Shown here: positions 24,320 through 37,135 of the stretch, in pieces
How positions within the stretch are numbered: the stretch's first letter is position 1
How the letters are laid out: each line of letters starts with the position of its first letter
From: Octopus bimaculoides
Lineage: Eukaryota
DNA: 44,724 bases
Reading direction: 5' to 3'
Assembly: GCF_001194135.2 (NCBI RefSeq)
Contig: NC_069005.1
Span: forward strand, 15,562,991-15,607,714
Notes under the pieces: model-generated
The model's database searches: none
Seen by the model: the letters and a program-made list of their open reading frames with translations, nothing else
What the model was told of the DNA's origin: nothing
Position numbers and translations under genes: made by a program

Positions 24320-24830
24320 GTGCGCGTTTGTACGTGTGTGCGTGCGCACGCATACGTACATACATACGTACGTATTATATACATAACATTATGTGGAGAG
24401 AATAGGTAGTTCTTCCATATGATAACACGTGCCAGCACGAGGGTTGTTAATGTCGAGAATGGGGGTGGCGGAGGAGGGGGAAGAAGCATACACAGCTGAT
24501 GGTGGGAGGAAGGAAAACAGAAAGGATTCGCGTGCGCGTGAAAGAGAGAGAGAGAGAGAACGATGACAGAAGTTGCGAATGTACGACAAAGAACAAAAGG
24601 TATGACTGCAGGTGACTGTGACGACGATAACGACGTTGACGTCTGGAGTGCACGTGTGATGGTCAATGACAATCGGAGTGGGAGTGATGAGTGGGAGATG
24701 GGGGCGGAGGACAAGCGGTTAAGTCAGGGGGTGAGAGAAGCACGTGATAGCGATTTGTTACTAACAGGATGTCACTTTGGAGATCCGATAGGTAGATAGA
24801 TGGATAGCAAGTAGGCAGGCATGTTGGTAG
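24320..24830. promoter_or_regulatory. CpG-rich promoter-like island
   Basis: CACGTG at 24426, 24651 and 24741, TGACGTCT at 24637, GC-box gggggcggag at 24700. Lies at the CpG-depletion boundary. Confidence 0.5.
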
Positions 24831-24915
24831 GGAACACACACACACACACACATATATATAGGGAGAGAGAGAGAGAGAGAAATGGAAAGTGATGAATAAT
24901 ATATTCGTGTCTGTT

Positions 24916-24958
<43 letters not shown>

Positions 24959-25516
24959 NNNNNNNNNNNNNNNNNNNNNNNNNNNNNNNNNNNNNNNNNN
25001 NNNNNNNNNNNNNNNNNNNNNNNNNNNNNNNNNNNNNNNNNNNNNNNNNNNNNNNNNNNNNNNNNNNNNNNNNNNNNNNNNNNNNNNNNNNNNNNNNNNN
25101 NNNNNNNNNNNNNNNNNNNNNNNNNNNNNNNNNNNNNNNNNNNNNNNNNNNNNNNNNNNNNNNNNNNNNNNNNNNNNNNNNNNNNNNNNNNNNNNNNNNN
25201 NNNNNNNNNNNNNNNNNNNNNNNNNNNNNNNNNNNNNNNNNNNNNNNNNNNNNNNNNNNNNNNNNNNNNNNNNNNNNNNNNNNNNNNNNNNNNNNNNNNN
25301 NNNNNNNNNNNNNNNNNNNNNNNNNNNNNNNNNNNNNNNNNNNNNNNNNNNNNNNNNNNNNNNNNNNNNNNNNNNNNNNNNNNNNNNNNNNNNNNNNNNN
25401 NNNNNNNNNNNNNNNNNNNNNNNNNNNNNNNNNNNNNNNNNNNNNNNNNNNNNNNNNNNNNNNNNNNNNNNNNNNNNNNNNNTATATATATATATATATA
25501 CACACGCACACACATG

Positions 25517-25550
<34 letters not shown>

Positions 25551-25959
25551 TATATATACATATATATACACATGTCTATCACCTACCCTCCCGTATCTAT
25601 ACAACACAAATATATACATACATATTGAGAGATAAATACACATACATACATACATGTGCGCGCAAACATATGTACGTTTTGTATTCCTGTTGCCTTCACC
25701 ACCATAATCATCATTGATATTGTGACAGAAACGTTTAAGAGCGAACGGCCCCTATTCTTAAGCATGCGTCTTTAAGGTCAGGGTAATCCTGGATCTGGCG
25801 AAGTTCCTTGATTTGACCCCAGTTTGAATTTCTCCTGGATCAAGAAGACGGTATCATTCATTTTATCACATATTTTGTATGCTATGTGTATACTTTTATC
25901 GCATTTCACTGTCTTTCGCCCCACACTGTCTGTCCGTGTGATGTTCCACCTCATCTAAG

Positions 25960-26425
25960 ACCCTGCAGAGGTCGACCTTGCCTTTCGGTTTTTCGAGATC
26001 GATAAAATAAGTGCCAGTTGTGAACTGGGGTCGATGTAATCGACTATCCCCTCGCCCAAATTTCAGGCCTTGTGCCTATAGTAGAAACGATCATTATTAT
26101 TATTTATTATTATTATTCTTTCTTTATTTTATTGTATACCGTGAATACTTAAAAAAATTTTTTTAATAATTTCACATTATATGTAATCACCCAGACTTTA
26201 TGTCTGTCTTTGGATTGGTCTCCCTCATCCTTCGCCCTGGTGGCAAATACAAGGCAGAATCTACACGAAATGCTTAGCGCTATTTCGCTCGTCGCTACGT
26301 CCTGAGTTCAAATTCTTCAGAGGTTGACTTTGTCTTTCATCCTTTGGGGTCGATGTAATCGACTAGTACCCTCCCCAACAAATTTCAGGCCGTGTGCCTA
26401 TAGTAGAAAGGATTTATTATTATCA
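25960..26425 (+). mobile_element. Two SINE family D copies with (ATT)n tails
   Basis: ggggtcgatgtaatcgact...aaatttcaggcc(t/g)tgtgcctatagtagaaa occurs at ~26027-26088 and ~26346-26409. Confidence 0.85.
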
Positions 26426-27467
26426 TCATCGGGGTTAATTTTGCCTGTCATTTTTCCCTGTCTCCTGCTCTCCGTGTGTGTATGGGTGGGTGTGGGTTCA
26501 GTAAAGCCAAGCTCCTGCGCTGAAAATGGTGTCAACCGAGTTAATAAAATATTCTCACCTTCCCCCGCTACCATCACCACCACCACTGCTGCTGCTACTG
26601 CTGCTCGACTCTACTCCCACCACCAACAGAAATCGAACCTTGTAGTCAAACGAAATCATTAATAAAACATTGACATGAAAGTAGCAGCAGTAGTCGTAGT
26701 AATGGTGGTGGTGGTGGTGGAGGCAACTCGTTCGAAATGTGCGAAACGAATAACAATTATCATATTGGAACATTTAATCAAAGAAAGCAATTCTATAAAA
26801 AAAAAGGGTCACGGTTGGAACGCCTGCGATTTACGGGTCTTACTCGAAACTACATGCACAATACAGCTGGGCGACACACGCACACATACATACGTATATA
26901 TACACACACACATACGTACACACTTATATATACACACGTATAAATGTTTAAATATATATGTATACACACACACACATATATATATATATAATATATAATT
27001 GAAATTTATAGAAAAAACAAAAGACGAAGACAGTTGTATAAACAAGCAAGTGTAATAGTTTGATGCATACATATATACACAAATACACATTCAGATAGAC
27101 ATATATGTATGCACGTAGTGCACGCACACACACAACAACGACTCCGTCGCATAGAAATACAGACACACGTATACAAAAGCAAAGTTGTACACATGTGCAA
27201 ACCAGATGTGCATTCGCATGCAAACACTTAACGGCAGGTGCACATCTATCTACTATACATTCCGACATAAGTGTATGTGTGCATGTGAAATAGATGGAGA
27301 CATGCTTTACAATCACAAATCGCTGCATATGGTTATTATACGAATTAAAACACAGCAGCATACATACATACATACATAAATGCACACATACACACTCATA
27401 TTTAATAGTATGTGCATGCATCGCATGAATAATGATTGTATATACCCATATATCCAAATAATCCCAG

Positions 27468-27670
27468 ACCTTTCTACTATAGGCACAAGGTCTGAAATTG
27501 GGAGAGGAGGATAGTCGATTACATCGACCCCAGTACTCAGCTGGTACTTATTTCATCGACCCCGAACGGATGAAAGGCAAAGTCGACATCGGCGGAATTT
27601 GAATTCGGCTCACAATGACGGACGAAATGCCGCTAAGCGTTTTGCTATCGGTAGCAATTCTGCAAGCTCG
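27468..27670 (-). mobile_element. SINE family D, full length, CpG-intact
   Basis: cctttctactataggcacaagg...ggatgaaaggcaaagtcgacatcggcggaatttgaattc...ccgctaagcg. Confidence 0.9.
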
Positions 27671-27689
27671 CCAATAATAATAATAATAA

Positions 27690-27855
27690 TAAATACAGAA
27701 AATTGCACTACTGGGCACTGCACACATCCTACGCAAAACGCTTTCAATACAGTAACCATAAGAGCATCACAGCAAACCACAGCACATACCCAAGGCACAC
27801 AGAGTTGCGCTCGGTAGTGAAGTGAAAACACGTTGTAAAAATAAAACTACTGAAT
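27690..27855 (+). mobile_element. R4/Dong-like (REL-endonuclease) LINE extreme 3' end
   Basis: Encodes IQKIALLGTAHILRKTLSIQ*, the typical R4-clade C-terminus. Flanked on both sides by (AAT)n. Confidence 0.75.
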
Positions 27856-27880
27856 TATAATAATACTAATAATAATAATA

Positions 27881-30300
27881 AATTCTTTTTATTGGTCACA
27901 AGGGCTTACATAAAAATAACATAGGACATAACAGGACGATACAGCGGGTTTTAAAAACGTGTAAACAAAAATAAAATTAAACAAATAAAACTCCCAATAG
28001 GGGGAGGCGCTTTAAGGCTACTCGTGCAAAAAAATCCACAAAAGTCACAGGTGCCTAACCAACAGGGCAAGAGCCCTTCTTTTATTTTTTATAGGCACAT
28101 GCTCAAAATGGGTCCTTTCACAATGGCCATTTCCCCGACATTCACCCACCTTTCAACAAATCTCCTTCATTTTCCATTTTAAGTGAAACTTGAAAAGTTG
28201 ATGAGGCCTTGGCCAAAGAGGAAAGTGTCTGTCTTTAGCCCTTTCAAGCGTATCTACCACACTACCTCTTTCGCTACAGCGACCAGACAAATAAAAATTG
28301 CCTACCCCACCCGGTCAAAGGAAGGCGGCGGGACAATTTTCAGTATGGATTCAGCCGGATCCGTCTTAAACGCGACAGGAGGTGTTCGACATAAACCCAA
28401 AGGTCAGCAATGCTCGGGTACTGGACGAGTGCGTGCAGAAAGGTTTCGTCGTTCTGCGCGCACCTTCGGCAGGATCGGCTAACGGCACTTCCATGCCTGT
28501 AGAGTTTATACCGAACGGGCAGCGCCCCCACCCCCACCGGTAGCACTGCCAAGTGAGGGATTTCTGGAAGTTATCCATCGGACCCCACCTCGAAAGTTCT
28601 CCGGAACAGATCGGTGAGTTGAATCTCATCGACGCCCAGAGTTTCCCGAGACCGACGTCGCACTTTTCTTCCACTAACCCTCTATAGAACACTAGAGTGG
28701 AACTACCACCGACCGCATTGCCCACCTGGCAGAGGACTGTGAGCGCTTGACGGCACTCGAGGTGCCAAGCGCCTCTCCTCGGTCTACGCCTAATCTAAGA
28801 TTGCAGTTCAGTCAAAGAGAAGAGCTGTGGGAGAGCGAGTCTAACAAACGGCGACCTCACCTGCTCACCGTCAAAGAAACGCTGGAGATATCGCAGCCTG
28901 AGCAACCCCTCCACAGAAAGCGAAAGAGTATGCGGATCAGCTTGTTCAGCCAACATAAGGAGCAAGGGATGATGGTCAACTGGTAAGAGATGATAGATAT
29001 GAAGTACGCATTCGCCACCTCGGCTCGACCTTTCAGAGACAGCTTCCTCTCGGTCAATTTTGAGTGAGATTGGCCACCCTGTTCGTCACCAGTTTTTCTC
29101 CACCTGGAGGTCTGGACCGAATCAGACTCCGAGCAATTTAACCGGACCGCCTGTTCAGCGCCCCATGACGCTGTTTGACGGCATGGACTTGCTCTTCCAG
29201 GTGCCGAGTTGCAATCCCACTGATTTTTCCACGTTAATTTTTGCTCGTCACCGCCTCATAGTCTTTTAGTGTATCGTCAATCAGGTCAATGTGCCTGTGG
29301 CTCGACACTATGACGGTGGCATGATCGGCATAAGCAGACACACTTCTCTCACGTCCTACATCATGCGGGATGTCCCTCAATGCCTCCATCTTCCGTAGCA
29401 GTGGCTCAAGAGTCAGTACATACAGACCGAGCGCAAGATGCTGAATGGTTCTGAGAGGTGATCATTCACCCGAACTACCGGGCTGATCCAACAACAAAGC
29501 AACGATCCAACGGCGGAAAACTGGACCGAAACCGGTTGCCGCGAGAACAGCCGCCAAGTATCGGTAGGAGACTCTATCAAAGGCTTTAGATTGATCTAAA
29601 TTTATCAGAGCCCCACCCATGCCAGCTTCATTGCCTACCCTCTCTATGATGTAGTGCAAGAGGTGGAGGTTGTCGCGAATATTCCTGGTTGGGATGGTGC
29701 ATGTTTGCGCATCGCCAATGAGCTTATTCACGACAAGCGCCAACCTTTTGGCTTAACACCTTGGCCAAAATCTTCAGCTCTGCATTGAGCAGAGTGATGG
29801 GCCTGAAATTCTCTATAACGTTCCCCTTGTTTGGGTCCTTTTTCAGCAGTGCCACCGCCCCTCGACAAACAAAAGCTGGAATTCTCCCATTCTGTCCGTT
29901 GCCAGTTTTGGTAGACGTCTGCTATGAGGCTCGCAAACAACTCTAGCATAGGAATATAAAGCTCGTAGGGCAGATCATCCAAACACGGCGATCTGCCTCT
30001 CGCGCAGCCCTTCATCGCCTCCTGTATTTCCGAGGCTGTTATCGGCCTTTCGCAGCACTCCACCTCGCTGGTCGAGAGTCGTGGCACGCCGTCCAGGTAG
30101 ACACCGAAGTTTGCCCTGTTATCCGTCCTACCACTCGAACCGAACAGTCGAGCAAAGTGCTGCTGAAATGCCGCATACATTTGCTTTGGTTCAAACGTCT
30201 CGAACCTGTTCTGGTCCACCAAAGACCGAATGGTGGCTTTGTTGCCACATTTCTCCTTCGCCACTCGGGCCCATCGATCGGCTTTCGTTCCCTCCCCGCT
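27881..30300 (-). mobile_element. Tx1/L1-clade non-LTR retrotransposon, 5'-truncated, ORF2 pseudogene
   Basis: Linker RPITASEIQEAMKGCARGRSP..D.LPYELY, RT motif LINLDQSKAFDRVS, catalytic YADD decayed to YADH (29321-29332), post-RT LSLKGRAEVANAYF, zinc-binding CRRC...ET..HAL. Minus-strand AATAAA at 27888-27893 followed by (TTA)n. Multiple stops, frameshifts and internal deletions. Confidence 0.93.
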
Positions 30301-30972
30301 CTGTTTGTGTGAGTATGTTTGTCCCCCCCCCCAACTATCGCTTGACAACTAATGTTGGTGTTTNNNNNNNNNNNNNNNNNNNNNNNNNNNNNNNNNNNNN
30401 NNNNNNNNNNNNNNNNNNNNNNNNNNNNNNNNNNNNNNNNNNNNNNNNNNNNNNNNNNNNNNNNNNNNNNNNNNNNNNNNNNNNNNNNNNNNNNNNNNNN
30501 NNNNNNNNNNNNNNNNNNNNNNNNNNNNNNNNNNNNNNNNNNNNNNNNNNNNNNNNNNNNNNNNNNNNNNNNNNNNNNNNNNNNNNNNNNNNNNNNNNNN
30601 NNNNNNNNNNNNNNNNNNNNNNNNNNNNNNNNNNNNNNNNNNNNNNNNNNNNNNNNNNNNGCACACACACATACACAGACACACACAGACACAAGCACAC
30701 ACACATGCACAATCGGAACGCCTCAAAGTGTGTATGCGCGCGCGTGTTCTTTTTAATAAATTATTGCAAACAACAGCAAAATGATTCGGTATTTTGCCGA
30801 AATATAATTTGACAAATGTTCCAACTTGAAACTGCAGAACGTTCAGTCACTGATGTAGCTTCTAGCATCCATAAATAATGTAAACACCTTTGTGCTTTAA
30901 GTTCTGTTTCTCCAGCTGTTTGGATAACCTAGCCTAATCTCTCTCTCACTCCAACACATACACACACACCTG

Positions 30973-31005
<33 letters not shown>

Positions 31006-31475
31006 TACGAGCACAAATAACTAGACGTTTTAATCATTCAACACTTTCAAATTTTCATACGTCTACACACTGACATGCAACAACGTATTTATTTAATTAT
31101 ACATATACGAAGATGTGTGTGTGTGTGATTGTGTGTGTGTGTGTGATTGTGTGTGTGTGTGTGATTGTGTGTGTGTGAGTGAGAGAGAGAGAGAGAGAGA
31201 GGGGGGACAGGCAGACATAGAGAGAGCATTCAAATACTCGTATACAAAAAATGTGCATATCTTGAAAAGAAGAAAACAATAAACCTCAAAAGCTTATGTA
31301 GTGGTATTAGCAGCAGCAGCAGCAGCAGTAGCAGTAGTAGTAGTAGTAGTAAATTAATTAAAAAACAGTCAGATATTTCCAATATTTCTAAATAATCGAT
31401 TTTGCACCTTGATTTTCCAGCAGTAAATTCTATCAAAAACCAGAAGTGATTATTAAAAAAAATACATTAATAGAA

Positions 31476-31487
<12 letters not shown>

Positions 31488-31535
<48 letters not shown>

Positions 31536-31712
31536 CCTTGCTACTGGTAGCACAAGGACTCGAATTTGTGGGGGAGGGAGGACTAGTTGATTATATCGAC
31601 CTCAGTGTTTCACTGGTACTTAATTTATCGACTCCAAAAGGATGAAAGGCTAAGGCGACCTCGGCGGAATTTGAACTCAGATCGTAGCTACGGGCGAAAT
31701 ACCACTAAGCAT
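31488..31712 (-). mobile_element. SINE family D with a long (AAT)n tail, CpG-intact
   Basis: (AAT)n at ~31488-31535, then tcct...cacaagg...gcgacctcggcggaatttgaactc. Confidence 0.9.
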
Positions 31713-31721
31713 AAAGTTAAT

Positions 31722-32240
31722 AAAGCAGATATTGTGGTGAAAGACCAAAAACAATAAAGTCTGTTTACTGATTGACATGAGCATACACTGTAACCATAAT
31801 ATCTGGGCAAAAGAATTTGATAAGATCAGAAAATACAAAGATTTGCTGATTGAAATCGAAAAGATGTGGCATCAGCGATTGTAGGCGCGATTGGAATGAT
31901 CAAAAAAGGGCACTGAAAATTATTGAAGAATGAGCCCTGGCTTACAATCTCTGCAAGAAGTGCAAAAGATTGTCTTAACTGGTACATCAGAGGTACTGAG
32001 AAGAGCCATTGTCGCTGTGAATTTTCTTTCCTTTTTTCCCCTTTATTTTCTTTGTTTAGTTTTCTTTCAGTTTTTCTTTTATCCTTTTTCTCTTCTCTAT
32101 CACATGACTTTGTAAATGAACAATGCGGTGTTTTTATTTCAAAGGCCTATCAATGTATACAGAGTTTCACTGCCCTAGGTGTTACGAAGACACTCGGCAA
32201 GAAATAGAAACAATTGAAAGAAGAAGATGATAATGATAAA
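31722..32240 (+). pseudogene. R4/Dong-like LINE restriction-like endonuclease (PD-D/ExK) domain remnant and 3' UTR
   Basis: K(A)DIVVKD / KVCLLIDMS...AKEFDKIRKYKDLLIEIEKMWH / IVGAIGMIKKG / LQEVQKIVLTGTSEVLRRA, with frameshifts. Confidence 0.85.
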
Positions 32241-32623
32241 AATAACAACTAAATAAATAAAGCAAAAACAAATTATAACTGCAATATTGAGTTTTACATT
32301 CTATTTGGTTTGTTGGTAATAATATTATTGTTGCTTAAATAGACAGGCGTAAGATCAAATGTTTTCAATCCGTGACCATCACGCCTTTTTCAAATATAGA
32401 TCATATCTAAAATTACAATATTCAATATTTTTCTTTCCTCTTTCTTTATATATATATATATACATACATGCTTTTTTTTTTTTGGAACGGTGAAACTCGA
32501 AGTAGATAAAGCTATAAATAATAGCGTGTAAATATTGCGTTAAAAAAACCCCTTTGAATTAGAAAAAGGCGAAGGCAACAGATACATAAACAACTACACA
32601 CACAAATTTAAATATAATAAATA

Positions 32624-32654
<31 letters not shown>

Positions 32655-32860
32655 GAGAGAGAGGGGGGGAGGGATGTGGGTGCTATTTCTAGCATGTGGA
32701 GCAACCACATAGATGCTCCCCTCGCTTAGGTAGTTGTTGATCCGTTTGGTTACTTAGCGGGATGACCAAGAGTGTTATGGTTCAGTGCCGAAACACCCGA
32801 TGATCGTTGGATACCGTCTGATGACATCAAATCCTCCAAATATGAGTATATGTATATTTT

Positions 32861-32952
32861 TATTAATATTTAGCAGAAGTAATTGAGTGACTCAAGGACC
32901 GAGAGTTTCGTGCATTGGCGGGTCATTCAGTTACTTCTGCTAAATATTAATA
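32861..32952. mobile_element. 92-bp mini-MITE
   Basis: Perfect 22-bp inverted termini tattaatatttagcagaagtaa and ttacttctgctaaatattaata. A partial second copy lies at ~39008-39065. Confidence 0.75.
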
Positions 32953-33704
32953 TTTATCATATATAAGCAAAACGTTGACGAAAATGATAATAAATGTAAA
33001 TTAACTTACGTAAATATATCTTGTTTTTAAAGGGAGACGTTCTGACGTATTGAAGTGGACATCGAAAAGTTGAAACAGGTATGCTGTGAGTGTTTGTGTA
33101 TGAACACATAAACACGTGTGTGCGTGCGTGTTGTGTGTATGTGTGTGTGTGTATGTATACGTATACGCGTTTGTGTGTGTGTGTGTGTGTGTGTGTCGTG
33201 TTGGAGGAAGAAGAGATTGCATAAGCATTAGTGTTGGGAAACGCAAACTGCTAGCAACAAACCATAAAAACCAAACCGATCTTTCTTTACGGAATAAATC
33301 AACACGCGTCATTATATTTAACCAATTTGATGATGTAAATCATACACACACACACACGCACGCACGCACACAGCTGTTGCATATTCTGTTATTACCTGTT
33401 GATAAACATTATAGTACACACACACACACACACACGTCTGTATGTGTCTGTGTCTGACTGTGCTGATAAACACATAGAAAGAGAGTGAGAGAGAGGCGGG
33501 GAAGGTAGGACGGCGAATATCCACAATCAAAATGAAAGCGATGCAAATATATCGCGTGAGTGTATATAAACTATATACACACATACAATAGGTTGCATAT
33601 CTGTAATGTAAAGAGTTGCAAAAATTCAGTGAACTTGTTACCCATGCGATTATTAAACAAAACTTCCTTCAATAGGAGTTGAATGTAAGTAAATAACAGG
33701 TGAT

Positions 33705-34055
33705 AAGCACAGACGTGAATGTGTGGTAAAAAGTTAAATTTCCCAACTACATTGTTCCGGGTTCAGTCCCACTGCGTGGCGCCTTGTGAGTGGATTTGGT
33801 AGACAGAAACTGGAAGAAGCCCGTCGTATATGTGTGTTTGTGTGTGTGTGTGAGATGTCCGCCACCAGCGCTTGACAACCGGGGTTGCTGTGTTTACATC
33901 CCCGTAACTTAGTGGTGCGACAAAATATGTTCAATAGAATAAGAACAAGGGTTTAAAAAATCAAGTACTGGCGTCGATTCATTAGACTAAAAATTCTTCT
34001 AGGCAGTGCTCCAGCATGGCCGCAGTCTAATGACTGAAACAAGTAAAAAATAGAG
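33705..34055 (+). mobile_element. SINE family A
   Basis: B-box gggttcagtccc and tail gcagtctaatgactgaaacaagtaaaa. Confidence 0.9.
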
Positions 34056-34309
34056 ATAAGGGACAGAACTCTAATAGGACCGACCAATAGGAAGTAAATA
34101 AACGATGTAGATAGCAGTGGCTATTGTTTTTAAAGCCAGGTACAGAAAACAATGGATACGTTTTGGTGTGATTCGCCCTCCTCAGTCAAGAAACATAATC
34201 TACTATATAGCTTCTTTTTATCTTTTCATTTGTTGCGGTCAATGGACTCCAGTCTAGTTGTGACACCAACTGGAAGGATTTCAGCCGAACGGATGGACCC
34301 CAGTATTTA

Positions 34310-34620
34310 TTACTGTTTTTATAAACCTAGTACTTATTCCATTAGTTTCTTTTTGCCAGACTGCTATTTTATGGAAACGTAAAAAAAAACAACAACAACA
34401 ACACTGGTTGTCAAGTGATGGGGTGGGGACATACACAAACACCCGCTCACATACACACATGACGGGTTTCTTTGTTTCCATCAGCGAAATCCACTCATAT
34501 GGCTTTGGTCGGTCCGGCGTTAGAGTACAAGACGCTTGCCCAAGGTGTCACGCAGTGGAACTGAACTTGGAACCAAGTGATTGGGAAGCGAATTTCCTAC
34601 TACACAGCCATATCTGCGCC
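34310..34620 (-). mobile_element. SINE family A
   Basis: Reverse complement of head, core and mid segments. Confidence 0.85.
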
Positions 34621-35026
34621 TATATATTCTACAAACTTTTGAAATTCCTTGATTTGAAGTAAGGGGCAACAGTAATAGCCTTCGCAGACCTCCCTTAGTC
34701 CCGCAAGACAGATGCTATTAATACTTCCTTTGAACCTTTGTACGTCGATACATGCAAGAAGGACACGAGCAAGGAGGGAATTCTTAGGGGAATGGCAACG
34801 CTATGAGAAGGAAGGAAGGAAGGAAGGACTTAGCATAAGGAGTATGGATACAAGGATGTGATATTATAAGCCCAGCCTGTTCCGAAGAGCGGAGATCTTT
34901 ACTGTAGAAAGTAACGTTACGCCTATTTTTCTCTGAATGTGGTCTAGCATGTCAGTGGCCACACACACACACACATACTAAATCGGCTGTAAAGCTACGT
35001 AAGAGGCACACACATATGTGTGTGTA

Positions 35027-35064
<38 letters not shown>

Positions 35065-35086
35065 CATACAATCATATATAAAGGCA

Positions 35087-35510
35087 AAGACCCCCTTCGG
35101 TCGTGAATGACCATGGGATTGCACATAGAAAGTTCTTCTTCAAGGTACGAGTGCAGGCAAGGTTGTTTATGGAAGACCAGCAGTCACCCATGCATACCAG
35201 CCTCCCCTCTCCACACCACCGATATCATCCAAGGGAAAGGCAAAGGCTTGGCACCAATGACGTCGCAAACTCATTTTTACACTTGAGTGAACACCCTTAA
35301 CATAGTTCTCAAGGACATTCAACGAGACACAGAGTATGAAAAGGTTGACCTTTTGAAATATAGGTACTACTCATTTTTGCCAGCTGCAATGACTGGAGCA
35401 ACATGAAATAAAGTGTCTGGCTGAAGGACACAACGCGTCGCCGGGAATTGAACTCACGACATTACGATCGTAAGCCAAATATCCTAACCGCTAAGTCACG
35501 CACCTTCACA
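35087..35510 (-). mobile_element. SINE family B interrupted by a fragment of a related SINE (~35290-35385)
   Basis: gacccccttcggtcgtgaatgacc 3' end, ggaattgaactc B-box complement, ctaaccgctaagtcacgc head. Confidence 0.85.
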
Positions 35511-35583
35511 CTCTGCGCTATGTTTATATCATAAATTGTTCTACAATGATGCCAAATGTTTTGCTTGCTTGCTTGCTTGCGCC

Positions 35584-35644
<61 letters not shown>

Positions 35645-36189
35645 NNNNNNNNNNNNNNNNNNNNNNNNNNNNNNNNNNNNNNNNNNNNNNNNNNNNNNNN
35701 NNNNNNNNNNNNNNNNNNNNNNNNNNNNNNNNNNNNNNNNNNNNNNNNNNNNNNNNNNNNNNNNNNNNNNNNNNNNNNNNNNNNNNNNNNNNNNNNNNNN
35801 NNNNNNNNNNNNNNNNNNNNNNNNNNNNNNNNNNNNNNNNNNNNNNNNNNNNNNNNNNNNNNNNNNNNNNNNNNNNNNNNNNNNNNNNNNNNNNNNNNNN
35901 NNNNNNNNNNNNNNNNNNNNNNNNNNNNNNNNNNNNNNNNNNNNNNNNNNNNNNNNNNNNNNNNNNNNNNNNNNNNNNNNNNNNNNNNNNNNNNNNNNNN
36001 NNNNNNNNNNNNNNNNNNNNNNNNNNNNNNNNNNNNNNNNNNNNNNNNNNNNNNNNNNNNNNNNNNNNNNNNNNNNNNNNNNNNNNNNNNNNNNNNNNNN
36101 NNNNNNNNNNNNNNNNNNNNNNNNNNNNNNNNNNNNNNNNNNNNNNNNNNNNNNNNNNNNNNNNNNNNNNNNNNNNNNNNNNNNNNNNN

Positions 36190-36310
36190 TAAAAGATTGG
36201 TGCAATATGTGTGTGAAACTGAGAGGGGAATATGTTGAATAAAATCATAATTCTGATTCTCCTGTATTTTCTTTTGCTCAAAGCCAGGAACTTTCCAGTA
36301 CCTCCTCATG
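36190..36310 (+). mobile_element. Mariner-derived element right end (same family as 17294-17512); left part lost in gap N 35645-36189
   Basis: KDWCNMCVKLRGEYVE* followed by ctcaaagccaggaactttccagtacctcctca. Confidence 0.8.
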
Positions 36311-36917
36311 TGTGTGTGTAGATAGAAAGATAGAGAGAGAGGGGGAGGGAGAGAGAGAGAGAAATGCAGAGACACCCATAGTGAAAAGACACTAATATGT
36401 CGATTGCAAAAAGAAAAGAGATAAAAAAGAAAAGGAAAACAGAAAACAGTTGTTGATGGGGTTGGCTAAATGAACGATGATGACGACGCCGACGATGACA
36501 GAGACCTGAAAATAATAACTGGAATTACGGTTTATCTTCAACAGATGTTCCAGTTGACTGAACTAAACCATAAATGATTCTTCCATCTTTCTAAATTATA
36601 TATTTCCTCACTTTGCCACCAAATAACCTAGCAAAGACTTACGGTGTGTGTGTGTGTAAGACCCTACACACACACACACACACACACACGCACTCTCTCT
36701 CTCTCTCCCTCTCCAATTCTTCCTTTCTGAAAGGAGAAAATTAGTTAAAACAAATATAAACAAAAACATGCAGAAAAATTTCCCGAAATGTATTGAAAAT
36801 CAAAGATGAGTGCACGCACACATAAACACATCCATACACACACACGCATATATATATATAGAATAAATAGGGATAATAGATCCAGACAGGTACCATTCAA
36901 GCACTAATATAATCCAA

Positions 36918-37135
36918 GGCTCAATGGTTAGAGCGTCGGGCTCACAACCATGAGGTAGTGTTCGATTCCAGGATCGAGCTGTATGTTGTGTTCTTGAACA
37001 AGACACTGTAGAAATGAGTTGTGATGTCATTGGTGCCAAGCTGTATCGGCCCCTTTGCCTTTCCCTTGGATAACATCAGTGGTGTGGAGAGAGGAGGCTG
37101 GTATGCTGGTCCTCCATAAACAACCTCGGGGAGAT
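36918..37135 (+). mobile_element. SINE family B, 5' part with tRNA-like head
   Basis: A-box ggctcaatggttagagc and B-box gttcgattcca. Confidence 0.88.

Noticed and set aside
24563-24799. 78-aa ORF in the CpG-rich island
   Set aside because: Low complexity with no recognisable domain. Better explained as regulatory or UTR sequence.
36918-36975. tRNA-like sequences here and at 18051-18115 and 37300-37377
   Set aside because: They have A/B boxes but no complete cloverleaf or acceptor stem, and they continue into repeated SINE bodies. They are SINE heads, not tRNA genes.
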